The notes under the pieces are model-generated. The model did not search any database. It was not told the origin of the DNA and saw nothing but the letters and a program-made list of their open reading frames with translations. Source: an uncultured delta proteobacterium (GTDB taxonomy: Bacteria > Desulfobacterota > WTBG01 > CAIYCZ01 > CAIRTM01). Taken from it: a stretch of DNA of 64,000 nt. Location of the stretch: positions 32,001 through 96,000 of the forward strand of contig CAWDSQ010000020.1 of NCBI GenBank assembly GCA_963804955.1. Direction: 5' to 3'. Positions 23,141-34,944 of the stretch are shown piece after piece. The first letter of the stretch is position 1; each line of letters starts with the position of its first letter. A program made the position numbers and the translations under genes.

Positions 23141-26100
23141 ATGAAGTCGACATTGGTGAAAAAATTTTTTACAACAGGTACACTATTTCTGGTTTTCATG
23201 TTTGTGCTAATCTGGCTAATGCGCAGACAACGACTATACGTGCCGGATAGCAGCACACCACTACCACAATTTCAGCAACGTTGATGATTTCGGGAATGCT
23301 TGTAACACTGCGCAACCGGTGTCTGTCAATGCCACGATAAGCGGTGCAATAAATTATGGTGGTGATTATGATTACTTTGTAGTGCAGGTGCCGGCGTTTG
23401 GAGCACTGAGTGTGTATACAACAGGATCTGCCGATACTTTTGGTTTTTTGTTGGATGCAGGCTGCACTGATTCCAATGATCATATTTTTGCGCAAAATAA
23501 TAATTTGGCTGAAGCACAAAATTATAATTTTGCAATCAACAAAAACGTTCCAGCAGGCACATATTACATTGCAGTACGGCTTTCTGCTTCCGATAGCGTT
23601 GGCGCATATACGCTGCATGTTCACTTTAATCAGGCAGCCATAACATCAGAGCTGGTTGATTAACAGGGTAGCGGGCAATGGGCAGTATGATTATACTGGC
23701 GATGGTTTACAAGCTACTGAGGCAGCGTTTCGTAATCCATTCAGTATTGCCGTTGACAGTTCGGACGCTTCTTATATTGCAGATTGGGCTAACAATAGAA
23801 TCCGCAAAGTTGCATACAATGGAACGATTACAACGGTTGCTGGCGGCGGTATGTATAATAATAGTGATTATACCGTTGCAGGCAACTGATTTCATGCTTA
23901 ATTATCCTTCCGGCATTGCTGTCGACCTCTGGAACAATATTTATATTGCAGACTCAGGCAGCAGGATGATTTTTAAAGTCGATGCTGCAACAGGTACTAT
24001 CGGCCTTGTTGCGGGTGGAGGCACCAGTGAGGACTGTAATTATACAGGCCCGGCCACAAATGCCCTTCTGTCTGGTCCCTGGAGTATCGCTTTAGACAAT
24101 TATGATAATATATATATCGCAGATTACGGCTGCGGCTGTGTGCGTAAAGTTGACGAACATGAAACAATCAGCACTGTGGCGGGGGGCGGAACGCCTCCCG
24201 ACGGACGCGGTGATGGCGGTTCAGCTACGGCTGCAGCGCTTTATGGGCCCACTGGCCTGGCCTTTGACAGCGACGGAAATATGTATATTGCAGACTGGGA
24301 TGACAAACGTGTACGCAAAGTTGATGCGCTGACACAGTCTATTACGACGATTGCAGGGGGTGGCACACCCGATGATGGCCTTGGCGATAACGGGACGGCA
24401 GCAGCGGCAATGCTGAATAATCCTTCCAGCGTTGCAGTTGATAATACTAACAATATCTACATTGGGGATGTCGGTAATCAGCGTATTCTAAAAGTCGACG
24501 CAATAACAAAAAAAATCAACACTGTTGCGGGTGGAGGCCTGGTCAGTGATATCAACTATAATGGTCCGGCATTGGCCCCATTCTTTTTTCCTGATTCGGT
24601 TGCTCTTGATAGCCAGGGGGGTATACTCATCGCTGATTCCGGTAACAGTGTTATCTGGCGCATGTATCATGGGTGCATCGACAACGATGGCGACGGCTAT
24701 GGAGTTGGATCAGAATGTTTTGCAGTTGACTGCAATGACAACGATGCATCAGGACATCCCGGCGCACCGGAAATATGCTACAACGGCCTTGATGATAACT
24801 GTAACGGGGAGTTTTCTGAAGGCTGCGCGACGTGGTATAGGGATGCGGACGGTGACGGTTATGGCAATGCAGCTGAGACGATGGCAGCAATTAGCCAGCC
24901 AGAGGGGCATGTGGCAGACTCCACCGATTGCGATGACACCAGCGCTTCGGTATATCCGGTGGCAACGGAGCTGTGCAACGGAATTGACGATGATTGCAAT
25001 GGCCAGATTGATGAGACCTGTGCCTGCGTTGACAACGATGGCGTATACGCTATGGCCGTTACCGCAGGCTGGCCCCGACTGTGACGACAGCAACGCCGCG
25101 GTCCATCCGGGCGCCACGGAAGCGTGCAACGGCATCGATGACGACTGCGATGGCCAGATCGAAGATACGTGTTCTTGTGTTGACAACGATGGCGACACCT
25201 ATGGCCATAATTGCAGCGCGGGCCCAGTTGTGACGACAACAACGCCGCTGTCCATCCGGGCGGCCACGGAAATCCGCAATGGCATTGATGATAATTGCGA
25301 CGGTTTGATTGATGGTGGAGATACTGATGGCGACGGCCTTTTTGATCTTTGCGGCAATTGCCCTTCTGCCGTAAATCCGGAACAGCAGGACAGGGACTAT
25401 GACGGCGTGGGAATGCATGCGACAACTGCCCGGACACCTGCAATCCGCTTCAGTTTGATGTTGACTCTGACGGCACAGGCGATGTGTGCGACACGACACC
25501 CGGTTGCGGCGGCTGCGCGAGCAAACACCTTGTGTGCATGATTGCTCAACTTTTGATTTTGATAAAGACGGCATCAGCAACAATGCTGATAATTGCCCCG
25601 GCAGTGCCAACACCTCTCAGCAGGACTCGACTCTGACGGGGTGGGTGAAGTGTGCGACAGCTGCCCGACAGCATCAGATCCGGATCAGCAGGACAGCGAT
25701 GTTGACGGTTTTGGCGATGTCTGTGACAATTGCCCTGCAGTTGCAAAACCCGCACAGCGGACTCGGATTATGAAGGCGTGGGGGATGCCTGTGACAACTG
25801 CCCGGAACCTGTGTAATTTTTTACAGAAGGATACAGACAGTGACGGTGCCGGCGATGTGTGTGATGCTTCGCCCAATTGCGGCAGTGGATGCGGCCAGAC
25901 GCCCTGTGAAACCGATTGCACAGCTTCCATGGGGCCGCTGCCTGTCATAGCCATACTGTCGCCAGTTGAGAATGCCACAGTCGGTTTAACAGCTCTTTAC
26001 CGTTGCCGGCCTCTGTTTAACGCTGTGCAGGTTGATGTTAACGGTGTGCGGGCATTTATTTCCGGCAGCTTGTTCACGGCAAGTATTCCTGTCAGTGAGG

Positions 26101-29100
26101 GCATCAACTCAATTACCGCAACCGCCACGGATACCTATGGCCGGCCGGTACAGGCCGGCATAACCGTTACAGCCGGTCAAATCCCCTATTTTATTGAAAC
26201 AATAAGTGATCTGGTTTTCAACCTGCAAGTATAGCTGTCGAATACGGAGGGCGTTGCTTATATTGCCAATGGCAATGGCCACAGGGTCCATAAAATAGAT
26301 CCTCATGACTTAACCCAACCCTTATTACGGTTGCAGGCGCCGGCACAGCAGGATATAACGATGACGGCATACCGGCCCTTTCAGCGCAGCTTAACAAGCC
26401 TACCGGAGTTGCAGTAGACGTCTCCGGCAATATCTATATTGCGAGACAGCGGAAACAGCCGTATTCGCATGGTTGATACTGCAAATCCCCCTATCATTAC
26501 AACAGTTGCCGGCAACGGTGTTTTCGGGGCTTGCGTCCCCGGGCAGTAGCGCAACCCTCAGCCCCCTTGCCAATCCCGTAAGAGTCGCCTCTTGATTCAA
26601 ACGGCAATATCTACATATCGTGTTACTATGGGATGTGCGATGAGGCGCGGGTGCTCAAGGTCGATGAGCAACAAGAATTATTTCAGAATTTGCAGGAAGT
26701 GGTTGTCGGCAAACGGTTCATGAATACTTGTGAACTTACGAGGCCAATAGGCTTGGCGGTTGATGCTTTGAACAAGCGTCTATGTCAGCCGACCCCGCCA
26801 ATCTCTGTATCCGTCAGAAAAGCCAGGAGGATTTTTTTACACAGGATGCGGCCGGACATTATATTTATATGGGATCTTCAACGTGACTATCGATATACCT
26901 CCCAACAGTGAAAGCGGTGATGGGTTACCGGCGACAAGCACCGGGTCTCTCTCAACGAACCCAATGGTGTTGCCGTTGATGCTGCCGGTAATATGTACAT
27001 TGCGGACACCATGCACCATACGATCCGCAAAGTTACCGGCTTCGAGCGGTATTATCAGTACCATTGCGGGCACCGGTGCGCAGGCAGCAGATACGGAAGA
27101 CGGCTTCGCAACTGAGGCTCCGCTTAACAGGCCTACTGATGTTGCCGTAGACGACGCAGGAAATGTCTTTGTTGCAGACTCCTATAATAACCGCATCTGC
27201 AGGCTTTCGCTGCCATCATCGGGCACGGTGCTGCAGGGAACCGCGCGTGACGCCGCCACCGGCCTGTCGCTGCGGTGTTATCCTGTCCGTCATTTCCTCC
27301 GGCATTTCATATACGGCGGTCAGCGGCGCTGACGGGTCGTTTGTGTTCTCCGGCATCATGCACGGCAGTTACACCCTTACCGGCCTCAAGGATGGCTATC
27401 TGCCGAAAACCGTTTCAGGCGCCATCACGGCCGGAGCTACACATACTATTGCCGTTCAGATGGAACAAACGAGCGCATCACTGACCGTTGCCATCACATC
27501 GCCCGGCGATGGCGCCACTATAACATCGGCATCCATCACCGTTACCGGCCTTGTCTCGTGCCCTGCCCAGGTAACGGTCAATGGAGTCGAAGCAGCCCGT
27601 CAGCAACAACACCTTCAGCGCGGCGATTACGCTTGCCGAGGGGGTTAACACCATAACCGCAACCGCCACGGATACGCTTAATCAAACCGCAACCGTTCAT
27701 ATTCAGGTAACGGTTGTCACAAAAGGGTCGCTTGCCGGAACGGTTACCGACAGCCAAACCGGCCTGGCCCTGCCGGGTGTTACGGTAAGAGCTACCGATG
27801 CCGGCGGCGCCGTCCACCAGACAATGACCAATGAGCTGGGTTTTTATGCATTTTCCGATGTGCCTGCCGGCTCGATCACCACCAGGTTCAGCAAGAGCGG
27901 GTATATTGGCCAATACAAACAGGCGGTGATAACCGCCGGCTCTTCAACCACGGTGAATTTGCAGCTGGCTGTAGCCCCGGCATTAACCATTACTATTGTC
28001 CAGCCGGATGATGGCGACACGGTTACGTCACCGTTTGTTACCCTGATGGGCACAGCCAGCAATGATGCGGACGTCGCCATCAATGGGCAACAAGTAGCCA
28101 GCATGGCAACTATCTTTTTGTGTGACCTTGTGCTTCATGCGGGGGTAAATATTCTCACCATAACCGCTACCGATACGTATGGCCAGACAGTTACTATATA
28201 TTTTACGATCAATTATATTATTCCGCAAACACAAGTATACTTGTCCCGCGTCTGAAACCACTATTCTCATCGGCTCATCAGTAACTCTTTCATGGAATTC
28301 GTATTATGCTGGAGAGTGTGTGCTGCAACCCGGTATTGGCGTTGTAGCAAACTCGGGCTCAATCACTGTCAGCCCAACAGAAACGACTACTTACATCATG
28401 TATGCTACCGGGCCGGCCGGTACGGCAGCCGACAGCGTTACGGTGTATGTCATACACCCGGTAAAACCAACCGTAACGCTCAGTTCAACACCGGCAAGTA
28501 TTGCCCCTGGAGCTACCGCAACCCTGTGCCTGGATCTCAACCGACGCACTGTCCTGCGCCATAGCGCCGGGTATCGGTACGGTTGATCACCATGGCTCGA
28601 TACAGGTAGCACCTGCTGAAACCACCACCTACACTATTACGGCAACCGGGCCGGGTGGCGAATCAGACCCGGTAAGCGTTATCGTTATCGTAGCCCAGCC
28701 CGCGCCCACAGTAACTTTAGCCGCTTTACCGGAAACAATTGCGCGGGGACAGTCAACAACACTTACCTGGACCTCAACCGATGCTGACTCCTGTGTCATC
28801 GACCCCGGCAATACTGCCGTGGGGTGCAACAGTTTCGCTACAGTAACGCCCAATAATACAACCACCTATACCATCACGGCGACAAACGCCATGGGTTCTG
28901 CTACAGCAACCGCCATGGTAATTGTTATTGTGCCCCGCTCCGTGCAGATAACCTATCCGGCAGATAATGAACGTATCAACCGGCCCGACACGCTGGTGCA
29001 GGGGTCGGTGGAGGGATTTACCGGCAGCGATATCGGGGTAACGGTAAACGGTGTGGTGGCGCATGTGTACGGCACCGAGTTTGCGGCAAATCATGTGCCC

Positions 29101-29781
29101 CTGCAGGAAGGAGACAATAACAGCATAACCGCCTTTGCCGTAAATGATTCCGGAGACAATGCAACAGACGCGATCAATGTGCGCGCAAGCACAGCAGGTA
29201 ACCATATAACCCTAACTGGCAGCCCATCCTCGGGCATAACGCCGCTTGAGTTTACGATGAATCTGACCAAAACCTATGCCGGCACGACATATGCTTTCAG
29301 CTATACAGGCCCGGGCGCAGTTGATAACATGGGTGATAATGCCACAATCATGGAGTTCAAGCGCCGCGTAGCCGAACCGGGGCTGTATTATATTACCGCA
29401 GAGGACAATGAAACCCTGGACAACGGCACGCAGATACTCCATACCGACACCATGGCTATCATGGCTGATAACCGCACCGCGTTGGATGCGAAGCTGAAAG
29501 AAAAATGGGAGGGGATGAAAGCCGCATTGTCACAGAGTAATATAAATAATGCGATAAGTTGGTTTGATAATTCTACAAAAGAAGGTTATACGGAGGCTTT
29601 TACAGCCCTTTTTTCACAGCTTCCTCAAATCGCACAGGATTTAAGTAATATACAATTATTGGATATGCAGAACAGCAAAGCGCAATATGATATCCGGATA
29701 TTCAGAAGCGGGAACGAGTTTTCGTATTATCTGGTGTTTGTAAAAGACAAAAACGGAATCTGGAAGATAAAGGCATTCTAA
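23141..29781 (+). CDS. Giant secreted repeat protein, ~2200 aa: PPC-like, NHL repeats, DCDD/MopE-like repeats, TSP3-like repeats, carboxypeptidase-regulatory/Ig-like domains, C-terminal alpha/beta domain (many frameshifts)
   Basis: Successive + strand fragments show GDYDYF...GTYYIAV, P.GIAVD..GNIYIAD, DCNDND..HPGA.E.CNG.DDDC, DNCP...N..Q.D.DGDG.GD.CD, EGVNTITATATD, P.ETTTYTITA, ending YYLVFVKDKNGIWKIKAF. A single gene is inferred; it could be more than one. Confidence 0.75.
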
Positions 29782-29808
29782 ACATTCAACCATTACAGTG
29801 GTGCCCAT

Positions 29809-30459
29809 ATGAAAAGGTTAAAACTAAAACTGACAGCTATCCTGCTGGGGGTAATGATTCTCGTTGGTTTATGCTCACTGGTATATGAAAAGAGCTGGTT
29901 GTTTTATTACAAACCCGCGTTCAAAGGCAGGCTGGTTGACAATGAGACCAAGGAGCCGCTAGAGGGGGTGGTAGTGGTGGCGATATACGGGACTTCACCC
30001 TGGTTCTGTCTTGGCCCGGGGGGGTGCTCCGGGTCAATAATACATGTGAGGGAAACCTTAACGGATAAAAACGGGGAATTTTCTATACCTTCTTATATTG
30101 GGATCATCCACCCGTTTGATTATGAGGGTGATACTGACTTCATTATTTATAAGCCAGGGTATGGGAGTTTTGACAATTTGTATACGTTTAATATTTTCCC
30201 GATTCAATATCGGGGTATTATGTACTGCGGCCCTTCCTGGCTGTTTTCACAAGAACGCACGTATGGAGAAAAAATAACACTTTCGAAAGAAGGTGCAACC
30301 ATCACCTTTACCTTCGGAGAGGCGGAACTGCCAAGGTTAAAGACAAAAGAAGAAAGAAGAAATGCATTAGTGAGTGGGTATGTGTATGATTTTGGCCCAA
30401 AAGATTTGCCTCTTTTAAATGGGGCAATAAATGAGGAAAGAAAAAAGCCTATTTGGTGA
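29809..30459 (+). CDS. Membrane-anchored protein with carboxypeptidase-regulatory-like beta-sandwich
   Basis: N-terminal TM; FKGRLVDNETKEPLEGVVV...ETLTDKNGEFSIP...IYKPGY. Confidence 0.75.
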   Translation: MKRLKLKLTAILLGVMILVGLCSLVYEKSWLFYYKPAFKGRLVDNETKEPLEGVVVVAIYGTSPWFCLGPGGCSGSIIHVRETLTDKNGEFSIPSYIGIIHPFDYEGDTDFIIYKPGYGSFDNLYTFNIFPIQYRGIMYCGPSWLFSQERTYGEKITLSKEGATITFTFGEAELPRLKTKEERRNALVSGYVYDFGPKDLPLLNGAINEERKKPIW

Positions 30460-30492
30460 TTAACAATTAAAAAAAAGTTAAAAGGATCTATT

Positions 30493-32643
30493 ATGAAAAA
30501 GATACTATTTATAGTTGCAGGAGTGTTTATTAGCTTTCCTGTGTTCTGTTTTGCTTTGAATGTAGATTCTCACAAAAAAATCAACGATCATATAGCTGGA
30601 GCAACTATCAATGGATTTTCGTTAGGTTCTTTTTTAAGAAACCAATTAGATATGCCAAAGGGAAATGATACTAAAATGATGAATAGTGATAATAAAACGG
30701 TACAAGATTGGCTCTCAGACGGTGGAGTTAAAGAAGATAATCCTTACTGGCTTATGACACTCGTGCCAGTGCGGGCGATGTATCATTTTCACGATCCATT
30801 CAACGAACAGGGGTGGGCCGGGAAGGAGTCTGCGGTGTTCTGGACACAGGAGGGTATAGGTCAGCAATGGTATGGGGGGTATTATTCATGGTTTGATGTC
30901 AGGCAGTACTATTACGATGCTTTAATTGAAGAAGACAATGCTGCAAGAGATGTAAGTTTTGCTGAAACCTTCAGGGGTCTTGGTCAGCTCATGCACCTTG
31001 TGCAGGACATGTCTGTGCCGGAGCATGCCAGAAATGATTTTCACAACCCCTCAGAATATGAAGAATGGGTAAAAGGAAGTACTGGCGGCACGGCGCATGT
31101 TAATATTGGCTCGTATACGCCGCATTCCTTTGACTGGGATTTATTGCTTTTGGACAGCAAATTTATCAGCAGCGCTCCGGTGCCCATAGCAAATCTTTTT
31201 GATACCAATCAGTACGAGGGCAGTAATCCGAATCCGGATATTACAATGGTTCAGGGAATTGGACTTGCAGAATACACGAATGCTAATTTCCTCAGTCCTG
31301 ATACCATTTTTACTGGCTATCCATATCCTTCCATAACCACCAGCGTTGAGGTAGATAATGATACCATCACAGACCCTCGCGACCCCTTCCGGCAGGTTTT
31401 GCGGCAATACTATAAAAAAATTGCAGATGGTGATACCGGCTACCGGCTGGCAAACAGGCCTTTACTGTGTGACTATGCTTTAACTCCGGTTCCGCCGGAG
31501 GGTTGGGCATATAATCTGCCGGTTTTTGATGATAATGTGTACAGGGATTATGCCAACAAACTTCTGCCCTATGCTATAGGGTATTCTGCTGATTTACTGC
31601 ATTATTTTTTCCGTGGCAAGCTTGAGATATCCCAACCTTCACGGTTTGTGTATTCAATACTAGACGGCAGTCAACCCTATAAGGTGTTTCATTACATTCA
31701 GGCAAAAGTTAAAAATGCATCGCAGACCAATGGCACATTTGAAGAAATAGGTGGCGGCACTCTTGTCGCTGTAGCAAAATACCGGCTGCGAACAGATACA
31801 GACCCGTATAATCCCGACTTGTCAAAAGACCCGCCGACCGATGCTTCCCGTGATTCTAAATTTTCATACTCTGTATCTGCTCCAAAGGATATTAATTCTT
31901 TGCCGACCAGCGGTGATGGTGAAGAGTTTGAATTTGACTTTTCGCTTTCCCCCATCCCTGCGGGCATTACCGACCTGTATGTGCAGGTGGTGTATCAGGG
32001 AACCCTGGGCAATGAAGAAGGCACTGCCATTGCTGTAGGTATGAAAGACCTGTCCGAGCCGACGCATTATGTCGAGTATAATGCAACGGATCGGTTGTAT
32101 GTCAGCGGCATAGTGCGTACAACGCAGGAGATTATAGATAATGCAACGGCACGCAGCAGCTATTTCGATGATTGTTCCGGCTCCGAGGTTGATTATACGC
32201 AGTGCGCACCATGCATATACCCGTTTGAACTCAAAACCAGACTTGCTTTTGGGCGCTATCTTACAGACGGGCTGGATGAGGAGTATGATGTTGTCATTAA
32301 CCCGCAACCCGAGGGCAGTTACAGCAGAATCATATTCCTGACAGATGAGCCGTCTATTGCGATCACCATAAATAAAAGTACAACAGCTTCCTATCCCTGT
32401 ACTGATCCTGCGGCCAGCGATTTTCCTCTTACAAGTTATTCGTCAATTGACAGTGCCGTCAATCAGGAGGATGAAGCGGGTGCATTTTACAATACACCCT
32501 CAGTGACCTTCCGACAGATTCGATCACATGATTGGCGGGCAAGTGCGATGGTGACACCCGATGGTGCGCTCTCAGGGATAGTCGATGCGCCCTGGCCACC
32601 GCTTGACGGCTCAATCCCGGTGGCCTTTACCATTAACAAGTAG
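30493..32643 (+). CDS. Secreted protein with N-terminal Zn-dependent phospholipase C / P1-nuclease-like domain
   Basis: Signal peptide, then H (DSHKKIN), D (GVKED), HFHDP, LGQLMHLVQDMSVPEH, HNPSEYE, matching the order of trinuclear Zn ligands; intact 716-aa ORF. Confidence 0.7.
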   Translation: MKKILFIVAGVFISFPVFCFALNVDSHKKINDHIAGATINGFSLGSFLRNQLDMPKGNDTKMMNSDNKTVQDWLSDGGVKEDNPYWLMTLVPVRAMYHFHDPFNEQGWAGKESAVFWTQEGIGQQWYGGYYSWFDVRQYYYDALIEEDNAARDVSFAETFRGLGQLMHLVQDMSVPEHARNDFHNPSEYEEWVKGSTGGTAHVNIGSYTPHSFDWDLLLLDSKFISSAPVPIANLFDTNQYEGSNPNPDITMVQGIGLAEYTNANFLSPDTIFTGYPYPSITTSVEVDNDTITDPRDPFRQVLRQYYKKIADGDTGYRLANRPLLCDYALTPVPPEGWAYNLPVFDDNVYRDYANKLLPYAIGYSADLLHYFFRGKLEISQPSRFVYSILDGSQPYKVFHYIQAKVKNASQTNGTFEEIGGGTLVAVAKYRLRTDTDPYNPDLSKDPPTDASRDSKFSYSVSAPKDINSLPTSGDGEEFEFDFSLSPIPAGITDLYVQVVYQGTLGNEEGTAIAVGMKDLSEPTHYVEYNATDRLYVSGIVRTTQEIIDNATARSSYFDDCSGSEVDYTQCAPCIYPFELKTRLAFGRYLTDGLDEEYDVVINPQPEGSYSRIIFLTDEPSIAITINKSTTASYPCTDPAASDFPLTSYSSIDSAVNQEDEAGAFYNTPSVTFRQIRSHDWRASAMVTPDGALSGIVDAPWPPLDGSIPVAFTINK

Positions 32644-32653
32644 GGGAATGAAT

Positions 32654-32770
32654 CACCCCACCAGCAGCGGGGTATTGAAGTTATTTCGGCATCCAGTCTG
32701 CTTTTTATCTGGATTCCGACTTTCGCCTGATGACAGGTTGCACGGCAAGCCGCGGGGTATTGAACCCGAA
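32654..32770. repeat. REP-like palindromic element; related copy at ~63013-63077
   Basis: CACCCC..CAGCGGGGTAT..AAGTTATTTCG.CATCCAGTC...GGATTC is shared by both loci; a second GCGGGGTATTGAA occurs at ~32752. Confidence 0.55.
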
Positions 32771-32851
32771 ATGAATGAAACATGAAATGTTTAGCCTTGA
32801 AAAGCCTCCTTTGTAAGCTGGTGACAGCACGTGCAGGTTTTTTACTGCTGT

Positions 32852-32978
32852 TGTGTCATAGACCCCGGCAATAATGCAGTAGGGTGCAACAGTTTCGCTA
32901 CAGTAACGCCCAATAATACAACCACCTATACCATCACGGCGACAAACGCCATGGGTTCTGCCACATCAACCGCCATGG
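32852..32978 (+). repeat. 127-bp direct copy of 28792-28918 (internal Ig-like repeat of the giant gene)
   Basis: Ungapped alignment, 121 of 127 positions identical. Confidence 0.93.
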
Positions 32979-34113
32979 GGTAACAATAGGGGACGTCCAT
33001 GGTAACAATAGGGGACGTCCATGAATAAATGAATTGACAAGTATAAGCAGTGAGTAATAAGGGGACAGTATGCCACGAGTAGCCAGATTAGACGCAGCCG
33101 GGGTATTGCATCATGTAATATTCCGGGGAATAGAGCGCAGAAGCATTTTTCGCGGTGCTGCTGATAAGGATTGGTTTGTCCAGCGACTGGGGCAATTGCT
33201 TTCAGGCGAGCCAGACGAGCTGTTATGCCTGGGCGCTGATGGACAATCATGTGCACCTGTTGCTGCGAACCGGTGATGTGAGCCTGGCAACACTTATGAG
33301 AAGACTACTGACGGGGTATGCCGGGTATTTCAATCGGCGGTATAGCCGGCACGGGCAGTTGTTTCAGAACCGGTATAAATCCATTATTTGTCAGGAGGAT
33401 ATATATTTACAGGAGTTGGTGCGCTACATCCATTTAAATCCATTGCGTGCCGGAATTGTAAAGACTATGGAAGGAGCTGAAGAGCTATGCATATAGTGGC
33501 CACAGCGCTCTGATGGGGGAGAAGACGTACAGCTGGCAGCAGACAGGCTATGTGCTTGAGTTGTTCGGTAAGAGGATGCAGCGGGCACGGGAGCAGTATG
33601 AGCAGTATGTAGCCCAGGGTATTGAACAGGGCAGGCGGCCGGAGCTGGTAGGGGGTGGCTTGATCCGGAGCATGGGGGGCTGGGAAGCGGTAAAGAAGCT
33701 GCGGTTAAAAGGGCAGGACCGGGTAAAGGGTGATGTGCGGATACTGGGGGAAGGTGAGTTTGTGGAGCAGGTGCTAGCCCGGGCAGAGGAAAAATTCAGC
33801 CAGGCATATGAGTTGAAGCGCAGGGGTTATGATATTGAAAAAGTGGAGCATCGGGTTGCAGAGGTGCTGGGAATATCGGCAGAAGAAGTGCGGAAGCGGG
33901 GGCGCGAGAGGCACAGGGTGGAAGCCCGCAGTCTTGCAATTTACTGGGCGGTGCGGGAATTGGGTATGCCAGGGGTAGCGTTGGCAAAGCGATATGGTTT
34001 AACGCAGTCGGCGATAGTACATGCCAGCCGACGAGGGGAAAAAATCGCCAATAGAATTAAACTGCAAGTTGTTAAAATGAAAGTTATTCATATTTTCATG
34101 GACGTCCCCTATT
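32979..34113. mobile_element. Y1/HUH (RAYT-like) transposase element with 28-bp inverted repeats
   Basis: Left IR 33007-33034 and right IR 34086-34113 (26/28 identical); 22-bp tandem duplication at 32979-33022. Confidence 0.75.
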
Positions 34114-34133
34114 TACCTCAAACGAAATCCTAG
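33070..34133 (+). CDS. REP-associated-type tyrosine transposase (Y1_Tnp) with C-terminal HTH (frameshifted; true stop may be ~34080)
   Basis: MPRVAR...HHVIFRGIERRSIF, YAWALMDNHVH (HUH), GQLFQNRYKS, RYIHLNP; C-terminal ARSLAIYWAVRELG...LAKRYGLTQSAI. Confidence 0.9.
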
Positions 34134-34165
34134 ACTTTGAAAACCATGCTCGAACAGAAATTTTA

Positions 34166-34747
34166 TTGAGCGAAAATTATGAGAATTGGCCCGCAGAAAA
34201 TGCGATGCAAAAGTATTGGTGTTATCAAAATTTGGGATATGAAAATTTGGATTCTGAAGGTTGGTATTGTAAAGATGAGGAGCTCAATGAATACGATAAA
34301 AATGTGGCTGAATATTGTATTAAAATAATAAAAATATTCATATCCGCATTAACATCGGAACCTTCCGATAACTCTTACAAATTCAAAAACCATCTTAACT
34401 GGGCTACATACAAGGCGTTAGCTTTCTTGGAGCACCCTGATATTTTTGATACTTTGAAAGACTTTGCAAAATTATTTCATGACAATAGCGAATATGATAA
34501 AGCCCAATTTTTATATCATAGTATGTTTAAAATAACTGCAGTAACCCTACCGAAAGCTAAACGCCGAGAGAAACTCCGGGATATATATCCTCGCGCTTAC
34601 GCGAAATGGACCCCTGAAGAAGATGATGTCTTGCGCTCCCAGTTCCAGAAGGAACAACTAACAATTGAAGAGATTGCGACCCGTCTCCAACGTAGAGTTG
34701 GTGGCATCAGGTCGCGACTCATCAAACAGGTGTTAATTGAAAAATGA
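34166..34747 (+). CDS. Hypothetical protein with C-terminal Myb-like HTH
   Basis: AT-rich ORF ending PRAYAKWTPEEDDVL...IEEIATRLQRRVGGIRSRL; start uncertain. Confidence 0.6.
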   Translation: MSENYENWPAENAMQKYWCYQNLGYENLDSEGWYCKDEELNEYDKNVAEYCIKIIKIFISALTSEPSDNSYKFKNHLNWATYKALAFLEHPDIFDTLKDFAKLFHDNSEYDKAQFLYHSMFKITAVTLPKAKRREKLRDIYPRAYAKWTPEEDDVLRSQFQKEQLTIEEIATRLQRRVGGIRSRLIKQVLIEK

Positions 34748-34915
34748 ACACCGAACCAGAGTCTTCAAAGTAATCATGTCCTGCGGTAATAAAAAACGGG
34801 GAAGCAAACAGCGTTTGTTTCCCCCTTTCTCTTGGTTGCGCTTTTCAGCTGCGTAGCGACTGATATTTTCACATGTCATGACCACACAGTTCAAACCCTG
34901 CGCCGCCTATTTGCT

Positions 34916-34944
34916 TTGACACTCAATCGCCCCCATTGTATAGT
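34916..34944 (+). promoter_or_regulatory. Sigma70-type promoter of nhaA
   Basis: TTGACA-17 nt-TATAGT, 65 nt upstream of the ATG. Confidence 0.7.

Noticed and set aside
32852..32978. DGR template repeat / variable repeat pair (4 of 6 mismatches are A in the intergenic copy)
   Set aside because: Two mismatches are not at A, four are synonymous third positions, the target is mid-gene, and no reverse transcriptase or avd gene is in the window.
32979..33022. CRISPR array
   Set aside because: Only two directly abutting 22-bp units, no spacers and no cas genes.
16531..34747. Integrative island at tRNA-Lys
   Set aside because: Accessory genes follow the tRNA, but I found no integrase and no duplicated tRNA 3' end.
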